Below the pieces are notes generated by a model. It was not told the DNA's origin. It did no database searches and worked only from the letters and a program-made list of their open reading frames with translations. 64,000 nt of DNA. Source: Phormidium sp. Its GTDB lineage: Bacteria > Cyanobacteriota > Cyanobacteriia > Cyanobacteriales > Aerosakkonemataceae. Within the stretch, counting starts at the first letter, position 1; every line of letters starts with the position of its first letter. Position numbers and translations under genes: made by a program. Positions 22,901-33,439 of this stretch are shown here, piece by piece. The stretch is taken from the NCBI GenBank assembly GCA_051013385.1, contig CP143273.1, forward strand, positions 1,728,001 through 1,792,000, written 5' to 3'.

Positions 22901-23404
22901 TGTAACGTACAAATCTAAATAATTGCTGATAAAAGTAGCGTCATATTTGTTGTTTTCGGCATTGAAACCATAAACTAACAAAATACTAGTTGAAGCGGTT
23001 TTTACTACTACCCCAGTTTGTTTTACTGTGTCTGGTAATTGAGGTTGAGCGAGGGCAACTTTGTTTTGAACGTTTACTTGGTCGATGTTTTTATCTGTGT
23101 CGATGCCAAAGAATGCTTGAATCGAACTTGCGCCAGCGCTGGTACTTTGGGAAGTAATGAATTCTAAACCTTCAACACCGTTAATTTGTCTTTCTATTGT
23201 TGTAGTAACTGTGTTTTCTACTGTTTGAGCATCAGCACCACTGTAGTTACTGCTTACTTGGACTTGAATCGGTGCAATATCAGGTAAGTTGTTGATGGGT
23301 AACAGGGGAATACAAATAGCACCAATCAGCACAATTAGGATTGTACAAACTGTGGTCAGGACTGGTCGTTTGATAAAGTTATCTGAAATTGAGAATATAG
23401 CCAT
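19949..23404 (-). CDS. RND efflux permease (HAE1/AcrB-like)
   Basis: FIKRPV, VDDGIVVVE, KNAILIVEFA, RFRPILMT. Confidence 0.95.
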   Translation of the reverse strand: MAIFSISDNFIKRPVLTTVCTILIVLIGAICIPLLPINNLPDIAPIQVQVSSNYSGADAQTVENTVTTTIERQINGVEGLEFITSQSTSAGASSIQAFFGIDTDKNIDQVNVQNKVALAQPQLPDTVKQTGVVVKTASTSILLVYGFNAENNKYDATFISNYLDLYVTDTLKRVPGVGDLSILGQRQYAMRVWLNPNAMAARGLTAADVISALQSQNVQIGAGTIGSQPAPVDQAYTFPVRVQGRLKDETEFANLVIKVQPDGTLIKLKDVGRTELGAENYDFQALVNGQPGVGISIYQLPGSNAVDVAAKIKETMADLEKDFPPGLKSSLVYDITEFIETSLEEVFKTLIEAILLVILIIFIFLQDWRTTIIPAVAIPVSLLGTMGFALAFGFSLNTLTMFALILATGLVVDDGIVVVEAVAGKMEQGMSARQAALESMNELAGAVVSTSLVLIAVFLPVTFFPGATGIMYKQFALIIIFSIVVSTFNALSFSPSMAAILLRHKQGEGKGPLAWFFRLFNRVFNLINAGYTKVINLLIKLRIVVFGIFIALLVATGLIYMSVPTGFIPEEDQGLFLGMIQAPEGVALNYTNRVADSVYQEFKKLPEIQGSLIVSGFGLDGSGPNKGTFFVRLKNWAERTEKNQSVKAILGRLNRQFAQNQQAIVQAFNLPSVPGFGSTGGFEFQLQDKSGGKLTFEQFLGNANQIIAKANQNPDLSRVFTQFTANTPQIEIDIDRDKLSSQNIDFAQAMTTLSAYIGGRYVNDFNFGPRSYRVYVQADEQFRNAPEDLGQIYLRSRNDKLIQLKEIATIKQIVGPSVISHFNLFRSIKIQGNPAPGKSSGQAIQAMDQVFKSAGIPNVGYEWSGLTREEVQSGGQSALIMALGLVIVFLVLAAQYENYIDPLIILLTVPMAVLGAMLFISLDPRELVNDLYCQIALVMLIGLAAKNAILIVEFANQSRESYGMTIPQAAANAAKERFRPILMTAASTLVGFWPLVVASGASAASRWSLGVAVFGGFLVATIMSFFLVPVLYVIIKQLAEFVFGGNKKQGKLVAVTEAPIERRREEEKEIEQPEKMASENLSKPKESSANGVSSDPELRGSLVVGNGESPTIYYPPSTTSSSDNTVIQPDDTEEMPSSTSSESSETVEEKK

Positions 23405-23601
23405 CTGTTTAAAAAGTTTTGAGTTTTAAGTTTAGGACTTAGGCAAAAAAACCCGGTTTCTATGAAAAATCCTGGGTTTAGACGATCGCTCTTGACGCAG
23501 AAACCGGGTTTTTATCCCTTCGTGCATCAGTGCTGAAGTTTTGAGTTTTGAGTTGAAAAAGTTTTGTATTGAAAACTCAAATTTCAGAACTGGCATAGCG
23601 G

Positions 23602-25134
23602 TTAAGGTTCGGGAGTAATTAGACTACCATTTTTTAATTTTAGAATATTGCTAACAGCGATACTTTCACCTGCTTTTAAGCCTTCTTTCACTTGATAATT
23701 ACTTCCTTGAACTGACCCTAATTGCACGGGTTTTTGCTCTATAATCGTTTGTGGTTGCCCTTGTTGATTATTAGTTTGTTGTGCCACAAACACAAAAGGC
23801 TGATTGCCAATTCTGGTGACAGAAGTTGTAGGAATTAAAATTCCTGTGGTTTGGTTCCAAACAATTCTGGCTGTAACTGTTAGCTGATCTCGGAGATAAT
23901 CTTTGATGTTGGGAAATCGCGCTTTGACTAAGATTGTTTGGGTGCTTTGATCGATTTGTGGCGAGATAAAGTTAATACTTCCTGTGACAGCAGGTTTATT
24001 ATTTTGTGGGTTAATAATTTGCACTGGCAAACCGATTTTTAGTTGCGGGGTGCGTTTGACAGAAACGGGAATTTGTAGGTCAAAAGCATTGTTTTGAATA
24101 ATAGTTGTCAGTGTTTGTCCGGTATTAACGTAATCTCCCACTTTTACCGGAATATTTCCCACTACGCCATTAATGGGGGCGACGACTTTGTTATAGTCTA
24201 AGGTTGTTGTGGCAGATTTGACATTTGCTTGGGCTTGGGATACGCCTGCTTGGGCTTGGGATACGCCTGCTTGGGCGGATTTGATGTTGGCTTGGGCTTG
24301 AGATACGGCAGCTTGGGCGGCTTTGATGTTGGCTTGGGCTTGAGATACGCCTGCTTGGGCAGATTTGACGGAGGCTTGGGCGCTGGCTAAGGATTTTTGG
24401 GCGGCTGCTAGTTGTTGGTTGGCAACGTTGACGGCGGCTTTGGCATTATTTAATTGGGCTGCTTTTTGGTCTAAGTCTTGTTTGGGTAATGCTCCTTGAC
24501 TGACTAGGGCTCTAGAGCGATCGTAATTCACTTGCGCTAGTTGCAACTGACCTTTTTTGGCTTGAATATCCGCAAGGGCTGCTTGCACTTGGGCTTCCTG
24601 ACGGGCTACATCTGCAAGGGCTGCGGTAACTCTGGCTTGGGCGTTGGCTAAGTTGCTTTGTTGTGCTTGCACTTGGGCTTGGGCGTTGGCTAAGTTGCTT
24701 TGTTGTGCTTGCACTTGGGCTTGGGCGTTGGCTAGGTTGCTTTGTTGTGCTTGCACTTGGGCTTGGGCTCCTTGCACGTCGGCTTGACTTTTTTCGGGAC
24801 TCAACATCATTATTGGCGCATTAGTATTAACGCTCTGTCCTTGAGTGACATATATCTGTTGAATCCGACCGTTTGTTTGCGGTGCTAATGTGACTCTTTG
24901 CGCTGCTTGCAATTGTCCTTGGTATTGGTCTATGTCTTCAACCTTGGTAGGCTCAATTTTGAGCAATTTTACGGGAATCGCTGGTGGTGGTGCTTCTGCT
25001 GAGGCGGTGGGTTGTTTCTTTTGACTACAAGCTGTACTTGTTAGGGAAACTATTAAGACTGTGCCTATCAGTTGAATCGGAAATAATATATTAGCTTTTT
25101 TCCTATTGGTAGTTGCAATATGAAGTTTTGTCAT
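23602..25134 (-). CDS. RND periplasmic adaptor (MFP), lipoprotein
   Basis: Lipobox TAC, long Q/A coiled coil, APINGVVG. Confidence 0.9.
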   Translation of the reverse strand: MTKLHIATTNRKKANILFPIQLIGTVLIVSLTSTACSQKKQPTASAEAPPPAIPVKLLKIEPTKVEDIDQYQGQLQAAQRVTLAPQTNGRIQQIYVTQGQSVNTNAPIMMLSPEKSQADVQGAQAQVQAQQSNLANAQAQVQAQQSNLANAQAQVQAQQSNLANAQARVTAALADVARQEAQVQAALADIQAKKGQLQLAQVNYDRSRALVSQGALPKQDLDQKAAQLNNAKAAVNVANQQLAAAQKSLASAQASVKSAQAGVSQAQANIKAAQAAVSQAQANIKSAQAGVSQAQAGVSQAQANVKSATTTLDYNKVVAPINGVVGNIPVKVGDYVNTGQTLTTIIQNNAFDLQIPVSVKRTPQLKIGLPVQIINPQNNKPAVTGSINFISPQIDQSTQTILVKARFPNIKDYLRDQLTVTARIVWNQTTGILIPTTSVTRIGNQPFVFVAQQTNNQQGQPQTIIEQKPVQLGSVQGSNYQVKEGLKAGESIAVSNILKLKNGSLITPEP

Positions 25135-25440
25135 GTTTATTTTTGATTAAATTTGTAACTAAGCCCAATTAACAGCATTGAATTATACAAGTAATTTGGG
25201 CTGTCTACGTAATTTTAAAGAATTTCTCAAGTTTGTGGTTTTAAGATGAGGTACGTTGTTGCGCTTCAGCGCTCTTATGCCAGCGCTTAAGCGCAACTAC
25301 GTACCCATTAACTAGTAAAAATAAGAATTTTATCAGACTTTTCTAAGAGTTTAATTGGAAGATTGTCGAAAAACCTTCAAACCCTCTGCCCTACTGCCTC
25401 AACAAGCAATTCAAATGATTAACAGTTTGAGGTTTGGGTG

Positions 25441-26724
25441 TTAAGCTTTGGGAGCCAAAACTGTTAATCCACCAGGGATACATTCCACTTCAATGGGTGT
25501 TGTACCAATAATTTCCCCATCTACTACTACTTTTTGCGGTGGATTTGTGTTTAATTTCAGGTACTTAACTTGTCCATGAAAGACATTTTTGTGTTCAAAT
25601 TCGGTTTTGGTAATTGCTGCGCCAAACATTCTTAACATGGCGGAAACTGCTTCTAGTTTGTTTTCCGGTGTGGCAATGGTGAGATCTAGTAATCCATCAT
25701 CAAAAATTACTTGTCCGGCACCTTGAGCTAATACGGAAGTTGGCGGTGCGGCATTAGCAATTGTAATTGCTGTTGCTTGAAAATTATAAATTTTTCCGTC
25801 TTCGGTTTCGATTTCTGTGTCAAATAAAACTGATTCATCAAGTAATTGCCAACCTGCCATTAAGTATGCCATTGCACCCCAACGATCTTTTAATTCTCGA
25901 CTGGCTTTTTCTACTGTTGCGGCTTCGTAACCGATGCCTGCTAATAATATCATTGGTAAGTTGTTACATCTAGCTGCGTCTATGGTGCGAGTGTGGTTGG
26001 CTAAGATTATTTGACAGGCGTTTCTAATGGGTAATAATCTGGGAATTCCTAAAGAAACGGCGAAGGCGTTGGCGGTTCCTCTGGGAATAATTCCTAATGG
26101 AATGCCGCTACCAATTAAGGCTCCGGCAACAGCGGAAACTGTGCCATCTCCACCGGAAGCTATTATTATATCGGCTTTGGTGGCGATCGCAACACCCGCT
26201 AAAGTAGCTGGATCAACTTCTGGTTCGGTAAAGTGAATTTGTAAATTTAAATGTGGTTCTAATAATTCCCGAATTAATGTTAACTCTTGTTCGGCGTTAC
26301 CTTGCCCGGAAACGGGATTATAGATTAAATGGGCGACTAAGGTTTTGGCTAGGGATGATGCGATCGCTTCTGCGGTTGCTAAATTAGTAGCTATGGCAAC
26401 ATTATGCACCTGACAAATTTGTAAAATTGTCTGCACATTTGGTTCATAAGGTTGGACATAAAAAGACTCAACTAAAAAGATTACCGCAATAATATTACCT
26501 GTTACCACTTCGGCGGCAATTTGTACATCTCCGCCCATACTACCAGCAGCCAATTTTTCTACATTCAACCCCGTTTCTGAGGCAATCCTTTCTCCAGTAT
26601 TAGCTGTGGCAATTAATCTATAACGCCCTAACAAAGGTGCGTGTTTTCTCGCAAAGTTAACGATATCGTCTTTCTTAGCATCGTGAGCAATTAAAGCAAT
26701 TGTTGCAGGCATAATTCTTTTCAA
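25441..26724 (-). CDS. mgsA: Methylglyoxal synthase / YegS-DAGK lipid kinase fusion
   Basis: IALIAHDAKK and GGDVQI; NPVSG, GGDGT, GTANAF. Confidence 0.85.
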   Translation of the reverse strand: MKRIMPATIALIAHDAKKDDIVNFARKHAPLLGRYRLIATANTGERIASETGLNVEKLAAGSMGGDVQIAAEVVTGNIIAVIFLVESFYVQPYEPNVQTILQICQVHNVAIATNLATAEAIASSLAKTLVAHLIYNPVSGQGNAEQELTLIRELLEPHLNLQIHFTEPEVDPATLAGVAIATKADIIIASGGDGTVSAVAGALIGSGIPLGIIPRGTANAFAVSLGIPRLLPIRNACQIILANHTRTIDAARCNNLPMILLAGIGYEAATVEKASRELKDRWGAMAYLMAGWQLLDESVLFDTEIETEDGKIYNFQATAITIANAAPPTSVLAQGAGQVIFDDGLLDLTIATPENKLEAVSAMLRMFGAAITKTEFEHKNVFHGQVKYLKLNTNPPQKVVVDGEIIGTTPIEVECIPGGLTVLAPKA

Positions 26725-26807
26725 GTTAGGTTACAGAGATCCCCGACTTCTTGAAGAAGTCGGGGATCTAGTCGTATATTAATCCAAAACTTGCTCTTAA
26801 TTTTAGG

Positions 26808-27317
26808 TTAGGAAGCAGTAGCGGGAGTCGCGGAAGTACCACTCAAAGCATCTTGCAATTTCTTTTCTGCATCAGGAGACAGAGAAGTTCGCAATACTGT
26901 GGCATGATATTTTGCTAGTTCTGGTAACACCTTTTCTGGTGTGGCTTTTCTGACTAAAACAAACAGCGCCGAGGTGCCAGGTTGCATCGACTGTGCCAAT
27001 TGTTTCATAAATTGGTCATTAACACCAATGTCCGATAAAGCACCACCAATCGCACCGGAAGCAGCACCCACAGCAGCACCCAAAATTGGCATTAAGAAAA
27101 GAGTACCAATCAACAAACCCCAAAAGCTACCACTAATTGCCCCGGTAGCGGTTAAGTCTACTGCTTGTTTCAGCTTAACTTTGCCTTCTTTGTTTTTAAC
27201 TACTACTGCGGCATCTTCTAAGTCAATTAAATGCTCTACTTGCATTTTAGCTAGGTCAAGGCGAGCTTCTTCCGCTTTATATTCGTCATCAAAACCAAGT
27301 ACAATTAATTCACTCAT
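26808..27317 (-). CDS. DUF1269 membrane protein
   Basis: LEDAAVV, Gly-rich TM, PGTSALFVL. Confidence 0.85.
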   Translation of the reverse strand: MSELIVLGFDDEYKAEEARLDLAKMQVEHLIDLEDAAVVVKNKEGKVKLKQAVDLTATGAISGSFWGLLIGTLFLMPILGAAVGAASGAIGGALSDIGVNDQFMKQLAQSMQPGTSALFVLVRKATPEKVLPELAKYHATVLRTSLSPDAEKKLQDALSGTSATPATAS

Positions 27318-27552
27318 GATCTTTAAAAGACTCCTTGAGATTTGGTCTGGACAAAAACCGATTTTAGTTAGTAAGCCACCTAAAAAACATCTTTCATTTT
27401 GAGTAAATTTTGCTGTGTATTTGGAAAGACAAGGGGAGAAAAATCTAGTTTTTGTTCCCGGCTTAATTTTAGCCGCTATTTTTCTTAAGTTTAATGTAAA
27501 CTTAATAACTCTGCTTTTCTCATATTGTGCAATAGTAATATAATCCCTTGTA

Positions 27553-29355
27553 TTGTTTTACTCTATGTTCCTAATCACAACATCCACCAAAAGAAAGAAA
27601 AAGTCCCAGTCCACTAAGCCAGTTGCCCTTTCATCAGTAAACCAGAAAAATTTATTAAAAATTTTCTCTCTGGGTTGTATTTTAACTTTAGGTATGGTAT
27701 TTACAGCCTTAAAACCGAAACCAGTTTTAGGTGCCGAAACAATTTTTATATCTTATGGGCCTTTAGATTTTTCCTTGCCAGTAAGTTCTTTAGAAAAATT
27801 TGCTAAGACTGGGGAGGTCGATCGAGATTTAAGTTATTATGCTAGGTTTCTCGGAGAAGATGGTTTAGCCAATTTGCGGGAATTCTTGCAAAGACGTTTA
27901 GATATTAGTCCTGTTGTTGTGTCTCAACTAACGTATACACCTATTGGCGAACAACTACTGCAAAGATTAGGAACTGTGATTCGCACAGAAGGAAGATTAG
28001 ATGGTTTTTATGCACTGAGGGCAGCTTTAATTTTAGCAGCTGCTGACTCAGAAGGAATGACGATGATTAATATTATGCGAAAGTTTCCTACGTCGGGAAT
28101 TCGCATGGATGCTAATCAATTATTACAATTACAAAGACAATTTACTATACTTGTTAATTACCAAAGAGCAGCTGTAAGCGCAGTTACCCAAGCAACGGAA
28201 CAAGAAGCAAGAGAATCAAGTACTAAAGTTCCATTACCGAAAAATTTACAGCAACCAGGAAATTTTCGCTTTTCCCAACGGACATTACAATTAACTCGAA
28301 ATACTCAATCTTTAGGAAGAACTAATTTTTCCCATAGTTTTCGGGTGGAATTGTACATCCCAGAAGGGTTATCTCAACCTGCGCCAGTGGTGGTAATTTC
28401 TCATGGTTTAGGGTCCGATCCAAAAGCGTTTGCTTATTTGGGAGAACATTTAGCTTCTCATGGTTTTGTGGCGGTTTTACCGCAACATATTGGTAGTGAT
28501 GCTTCCATGAGACAAGCTTTACTTTTAGGAATAGCTAGAAGCAGTATCGATCGCAGGGAATTTGTCGATCGCCCATTAGATGTTAAGTATACTCTCGATG
28601 AATTAGAACGATTATCGCGATCGGAATTAGCCGGAAAAATGAATCTACAACAAGTTGCGGTAATTGGACATTCTTTTGGCGGTTATACTGCTTTAGCATT
28701 GGCAGGAGCAAAATTCAATCAAGCACGCATAGCACAAGAATGTAACAACCAACAAATCAGCCTCAATGCTTCTTATTTTTTACAATGTTTGGCGGTAGAT
28801 TTGCCTCCGGTGACTGAGAATTTAAGCGATCCGAGAATTAAAGCGGCGATCGCACTTAATCCTTTAACGAGTATAGTTTTTGGCCCTGAAGGTATGGGTG
28901 ATATCAAAATTCCTACCCTGATTTTAGGTGGGAGTGCTGATATTATTGCTTCGGTAGTTGAAGAACAAATTCAACCTTTTATTTGGATGAATAATCCCGA
29001 TAAATATCTATCAGTAATTATTAAGAGCGGTCACGCTGCTGCCGATCAATTTGATGGTACAGATCAAGAATCACAACCGAATACTTTGGGATTTTTATTG
29101 TCTGGGCGAGATCCTAAGTTAGCACGAGATTATATTAAAGGCTTAAGCTTAGTCTTTATCCAAGCTTATCTCAATGGTCGCTCAGAATATAAAGGTTTTC
29201 TTAATGCGGCTTATGCTCAATCTGTTAGTCGGGAACCGCTTAAACTAGATCTAATTCGTTCTTTAACTCCCGAACAATTAGAACAAGCTTTTGGTGGAAA
29301 AGCACCTATTCCGATTATTCCTGAACCGATAAATTCTGATAACCCCAGGCAATAA
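27553..29355 (+). CDS. DUF1400 + alpha/beta hydrolase
   Basis: SHGLGS, GHSFGG nucleophile elbow. Confidence 0.9.
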   Translation: MFYSMFLITTSTKRKKKSQSTKPVALSSVNQKNLLKIFSLGCILTLGMVFTALKPKPVLGAETIFISYGPLDFSLPVSSLEKFAKTGEVDRDLSYYARFLGEDGLANLREFLQRRLDISPVVVSQLTYTPIGEQLLQRLGTVIRTEGRLDGFYALRAALILAAADSEGMTMINIMRKFPTSGIRMDANQLLQLQRQFTILVNYQRAAVSAVTQATEQEARESSTKVPLPKNLQQPGNFRFSQRTLQLTRNTQSLGRTNFSHSFRVELYIPEGLSQPAPVVVISHGLGSDPKAFAYLGEHLASHGFVAVLPQHIGSDASMRQALLLGIARSSIDRREFVDRPLDVKYTLDELERLSRSELAGKMNLQQVAVIGHSFGGYTALALAGAKFNQARIAQECNNQQISLNASYFLQCLAVDLPPVTENLSDPRIKAAIALNPLTSIVFGPEGMGDIKIPTLILGGSADIIASVVEEQIQPFIWMNNPDKYLSVIIKSGHAAADQFDGTDQESQPNTLGFLLSGRDPKLARDYIKGLSLVFIQAYLNGRSEYKGFLNAAYAQSVSREPLKLDLIRSLTPEQLEQAFGGKAPIPIIPEPINSDNPRQ

Positions 29356-29386
29356 TTTTTCACTTTCGTTAATTTAGGAGGAAAAA

Positions 29387-29644
29387 ATGGAGATCGATCG
29401 CCCTAATGCTCAAGAAGCAACTGCACAAGAGTTACAGCAATTAGAAAAACTCAAAGGTATCATTGAAAGAGCAATAGCAGATGGCAAAATTACTTCTGAT
29501 GAGTATCAAAGAATTAAATCAGAAATTTATGCTCATGGAAAAACTTCTGCCGATCAATTTTATCGGGAAATTGAATTGTACAGAAGTTTAGTTCAAGAAA
29601 AGCTAGAAAAAGGAGAGTTAGAGTACGAAGGGCCGGGAATGTAG
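29387..29644 (+). CDS. Hypothetical protein
   Basis: AGGAGG Shine-Dalgarno, 85-aa ORF. Confidence 0.75.
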   Translation: MEIDRPNAQEATAQELQQLEKLKGIIERAIADGKITSDEYQRIKSEIYAHGKTSADQFYREIELYRSLVQEKLEKGELEYEGPGM

Positions 29645-29710
29645 TTTAATAGTAGTCTAGTAATCTAGTAGGGTGCGTTAATAACGCACCTTACATATAA
29701 TCAGTGAATT

Positions 29711-30364
29711 ATGAATCTATCTGCATTCGATCAATTCTGGGAATTAGTTTGGGGATCGATCGCGCTTAAACCAGCGGCATTTCAACAGATAATTACTCTG
29801 AGTGATGGAGTATTATTAGCGTTGTTAATTGTGTTGTTAGCTGGGTTATCGAGGGCGAGCGGTCAAGGGATTGTTTTATTTCTCAATCGAGTTAAGCCCT
29901 TACGATATTTTTTAAGTTTATTAGTAGGGGCAATTTTGTTTGCTTCTAGTTACATTTTTTGGGTAGTCAGTACTTGGGTATTCAGCAGTTTAATCTTTCG
30001 GGAAAATACTTCTTTAATTTCCTTCGCTAGTACTTTAGGATTATCATATAGCCCTTTAATTTTAGGAATTTTCATTGCCTTGCCTTATCTGGGAGTGCCA
30101 ATTTCAATAATTCTTTCTGTCTGGAGTTTTTTAGCTTATTTGGTGGGCTTAAAAGTCGCATTTAGTAGTAATACTTGGGAAGCTTTTTGGGCGGGTGTAT
30201 TAGGTTGGGTTGTATTTGAAATATTACAGCGTACTATCGGTCGTCCGATCGCTTATATTGGTAAATGGTTAAAAACTTCTGTAGCCGGAGTTAACTTAGT
30301 TACTAGCCTTAAAGATGTAGAAGATATTTTAACCAAAGGAACGCAGTCAGCTAAAAACAAGTAA
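29711..30364 (+). CDS. Yip1-like multi-pass membrane protein
   Basis: About five TM segments. Confidence 0.7.
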   Translation: MNLSAFDQFWELVWGSIALKPAAFQQIITLSDGVLLALLIVLLAGLSRASGQGIVLFLNRVKPLRYFLSLLVGAILFASSYIFWVVSTWVFSSLIFRENTSLISFASTLGLSYSPLILGIFIALPYLGVPISIILSVWSFLAYLVGLKVAFSSNTWEAFWAGVLGWVVFEILQRTIGRPIAYIGKWLKTSVAGVNLVTSLKDVEDILTKGTQSAKNK

Positions 30365-30379
30365 AAAAATCAATAACTT

Positions 30380-33253
30380 ATGCCGAAAATTGCTAAGTTC
30401 ATCGCATTAGGATTAATAGGTTTATTACTGGCTGTACTATTTCCCCAATTACGCAACTTATGGCAAGTAGCTTACATGGCAATGGGGGCGACTTGGAGAT
30501 TAATCCTAGATATATTGACGATAACTTTAATAACCTTTATATTTGCAGGTTTATTAGTTCCTTTTGAAGCATTAGGTTGGTGGGCGGGATGGTACGGTGA
30601 GGAAGTAAACACTAATCTTCATCCCGGAGAATTAGTCGGAAATTTACCAACAGATACTTCAGCTTCGGGTTATGTAATTTATCTCGATGGCATTGCTCAA
30701 GCTAAATTTGAATACTTGGCAGACGCAACTAATTTTCTAGAAGAACTCGAAGCTGTTTTGCCAGACGATATTTTAATAATTAAAGGATTAATGCCCTATT
30801 CTCCAATAAATAGACCCCTGACAGAAAATGGTATTTTATCGTTTTTTTGGCGCTTTGTTGACCAGATTCAAGTATCAAAATCTGGGGGGATTATTGGGTT
30901 TTTAATGAGTTTAACAATTCAGTTACGTAATGTTATTGTAGTTGCTATTTCTGTAGATGGACGCTACGGCCCAATTTATAATCAGGGAACAGCCCAAGTC
31001 ATGTATAACAGCCTGATTAATCATGGTTATCAACCTGATAGTGCTGTACCAATTACATTAGTAGGATATAGTGGGGGGACACAAATTGCTTTAGCAGCAG
31101 CACCTTATTTAAAAAGAGCATTAAAAGCACCAATTGAGATAATTTCTATTTCCGGTGTCTTTAGTGGTAATAATAATATCCTAACCTTGGAACATTTTTA
31201 TCATTTTCTGGGCGACAAAGACATCTTAGAAAGATTGGGTGCAATTGTTTTTCCACAACGTTGGAAAATTGCCTTTTTATCCTATTGGAATCGAGCCAAA
31301 AAATATGGTAAAGTAACCATTACTTCTTTAGGGCCTGTGGGTCACAATGATGCTGGAGGGCCATTCGATCGCCACAAACATTTACCTGATGGTCGCAGTT
31401 ATTTTCAGCAAACTGTAGACTATGTGGCGGGGATTATTTTAGGCAATTCGCATTTAATTAAAGAAAGTTTTACCTGTAAAACTAGTAATTATGAGCTTTA
31501 TCAACAAGCTGAATTTAATCAACCCAGTTATTATCCGATTAATCAACAAGTAAACTCGGAAATTTATCGCCCGATCGCTAATTGGATGGGTCGATTAATT
31601 TTACCAACTCCCGAACAAAGAAAACAGGTAAAAGGTGTTTTGTTGGAAGTTTATCATGCTGAAGCTGGTTATCAAAATTTAGTTGGGCAAATTGTGAATT
31701 TGCGTTGGAGTAAAAATGCGATCGTCCAAGCATTAGTGCGTTCAGTAAAAAAAGATGTACATTTTAGTGAAGATACCAAATATAGTCAAAGACAAGGGGT
31801 GATTCATCCCGATCGCATCAATGGTTGGCGACAAGTAGATCCATTAGAATCTTTAGCAGGTTCTAGACCAAATGATGATGTAATTGTCAAGTTATCTGAA
31901 CCAATAGAAGTGCAGTTCCTAGTAGGAGAAAATCGCCCAACTTTAGTAATTTCTGAAGAACCAATCCAAATTACGGGACGCTTTTACGGATTAGTCAGAA
32001 TTTTACGACCAATAACTAACTATGGGGAAACAAAAGATTACTTCCTTGTCGTTCATTTTAATCGAAAATCTCAGCAATTTGATGGAGTTCAAGAAGTCGT
32101 CAGAATACCCCAAGTTGTTGCTGATGTAAATGGGATTTTTCCCTCCACCAATCAGAACTTACACAAGTCTCGACTTAATATTACAGGTTGGTATATTTAT
32201 GGTGCATTAGATCGTTCTGGCGTGTTTATTGTCCAAGCAATTGCTCCCCTTGCTTTGTTACGTTTGCAACCACATCAAGTAATTTATGGCGAATCTGACA
32301 GTTGGGATTATATTAAAAATAAAGCTTGGGATGTCAAAGAAAAAAAAGGCAAAATTGAATCCGTTTTACTAATTCCTAAGTCACCAGTAAGCAATCCCCA
32401 ATGGCAAGAAGGCGATCGCGCTTTAGTATTGCACGTTTACGGCGGAATAGGTGGCACTAAACGCGAACCCGCTGCAAAAACCCCCATTTTCTTAGGACAT
32501 TTTGCTTATGGCATTGCCCAAGTAATTAGAGAACCTTTAGCTAATGAATTGATTTTTGATATCGTTTATTACCAAGTTTATACGCATAACGTAGATGGAA
32601 TTATTGCAGGGAAAGTAGCTTGGAATCGGTTTATTGGCGATCGGCAATTTGGTTGGTTAGGATCTCGTCCCATCGCCGACATACTAATTAAATTTGACCC
32701 TGTAACCGACGATTTTGATATTAAAGGCACAAAAATTTCTGCCCTCGATCTTTTAGCATATCAACTAGAAATAATGGTGGCACGCTATCGCATTGGCGAC
32801 GGCACAGGCGGCACTTATGTTGGCCCTGCATACAACTGTGTTCAAGACTCCAATCAAGCACTTTATGGCATAATTAAAATGACGAGAGAAGCCATTAAAT
32901 CTCACCCAGAACTGTTAGAATGGTTGCAAGATGATCCAGGCGAACCGGAACAATTAGAGCAATTAATAATATTAGGTAAATCCATCAAAAGGAAACTTTT
33001 GCCTTTTGGTAGTGCCCGTGCTGATTGGGAAAATAATCAAAGTAATTTGGGCATTAGTCCCGAAGAAGATTTATTTGAAAGATTATTGACAGGTTTACTT
33101 AGTTGGCGTACACTTTTACCCCGCCTTACTAGCGAAACAGTAACCAGAATATTTCTGAAACAGGGAGCAATTATTTGGGTGCTACGTGCCAATCAAATAG
33201 GTGCAGAACCTAACATTGAGCCGATCGCACCCACACCTATTGGTTGGCAGTGA
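30380..33253 (+). CDS. Large conserved cyanobacterial membrane-anchored protein with hydrolase-like motif
   Basis: 957-aa ORF, N-terminal TMs, GYSGG motif. Confidence 0.7.
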   Translation: MPKIAKFIALGLIGLLLAVLFPQLRNLWQVAYMAMGATWRLILDILTITLITFIFAGLLVPFEALGWWAGWYGEEVNTNLHPGELVGNLPTDTSASGYVIYLDGIAQAKFEYLADATNFLEELEAVLPDDILIIKGLMPYSPINRPLTENGILSFFWRFVDQIQVSKSGGIIGFLMSLTIQLRNVIVVAISVDGRYGPIYNQGTAQVMYNSLINHGYQPDSAVPITLVGYSGGTQIALAAAPYLKRALKAPIEIISISGVFSGNNNILTLEHFYHFLGDKDILERLGAIVFPQRWKIAFLSYWNRAKKYGKVTITSLGPVGHNDAGGPFDRHKHLPDGRSYFQQTVDYVAGIILGNSHLIKESFTCKTSNYELYQQAEFNQPSYYPINQQVNSEIYRPIANWMGRLILPTPEQRKQVKGVLLEVYHAEAGYQNLVGQIVNLRWSKNAIVQALVRSVKKDVHFSEDTKYSQRQGVIHPDRINGWRQVDPLESLAGSRPNDDVIVKLSEPIEVQFLVGENRPTLVISEEPIQITGRFYGLVRILRPITNYGETKDYFLVVHFNRKSQQFDGVQEVVRIPQVVADVNGIFPSTNQNLHKSRLNITGWYIYGALDRSGVFIVQAIAPLALLRLQPHQVIYGESDSWDYIKNKAWDVKEKKGKIESVLLIPKSPVSNPQWQEGDRALVLHVYGGIGGTKREPAAKTPIFLGHFAYGIAQVIREPLANELIFDIVYYQVYTHNVDGIIAGKVAWNRFIGDRQFGWLGSRPIADILIKFDPVTDDFDIKGTKISALDLLAYQLEIMVARYRIGDGTGGTYVGPAYNCVQDSNQALYGIIKMTREAIKSHPELLEWLQDDPGEPEQLEQLIILGKSIKRKLLPFGSARADWENNQSNLGISPEEDLFERLLTGLLSWRTLLPRLTSETVTRIFLKQGAIIWVLRANQIGAEPNIEPIAPTPIGWQ

Positions 33254-33439
33254 AATAAAAACCTAAAAAACCCGGTTTCTTGGCAAAATCGTTAGTTTAA
33301 ATGAGCTAAGTTAACCCAGAAACCGGGTTTTTAACCCAGCGTAAGTTCTGGTTTGGTTAATTATTTTTGCTCTTTGTATAATTATTCAGCGAAACAAGTT
33401 AAAATTTTTCTGGCTTATTTTGGGATAGATTAATCACGA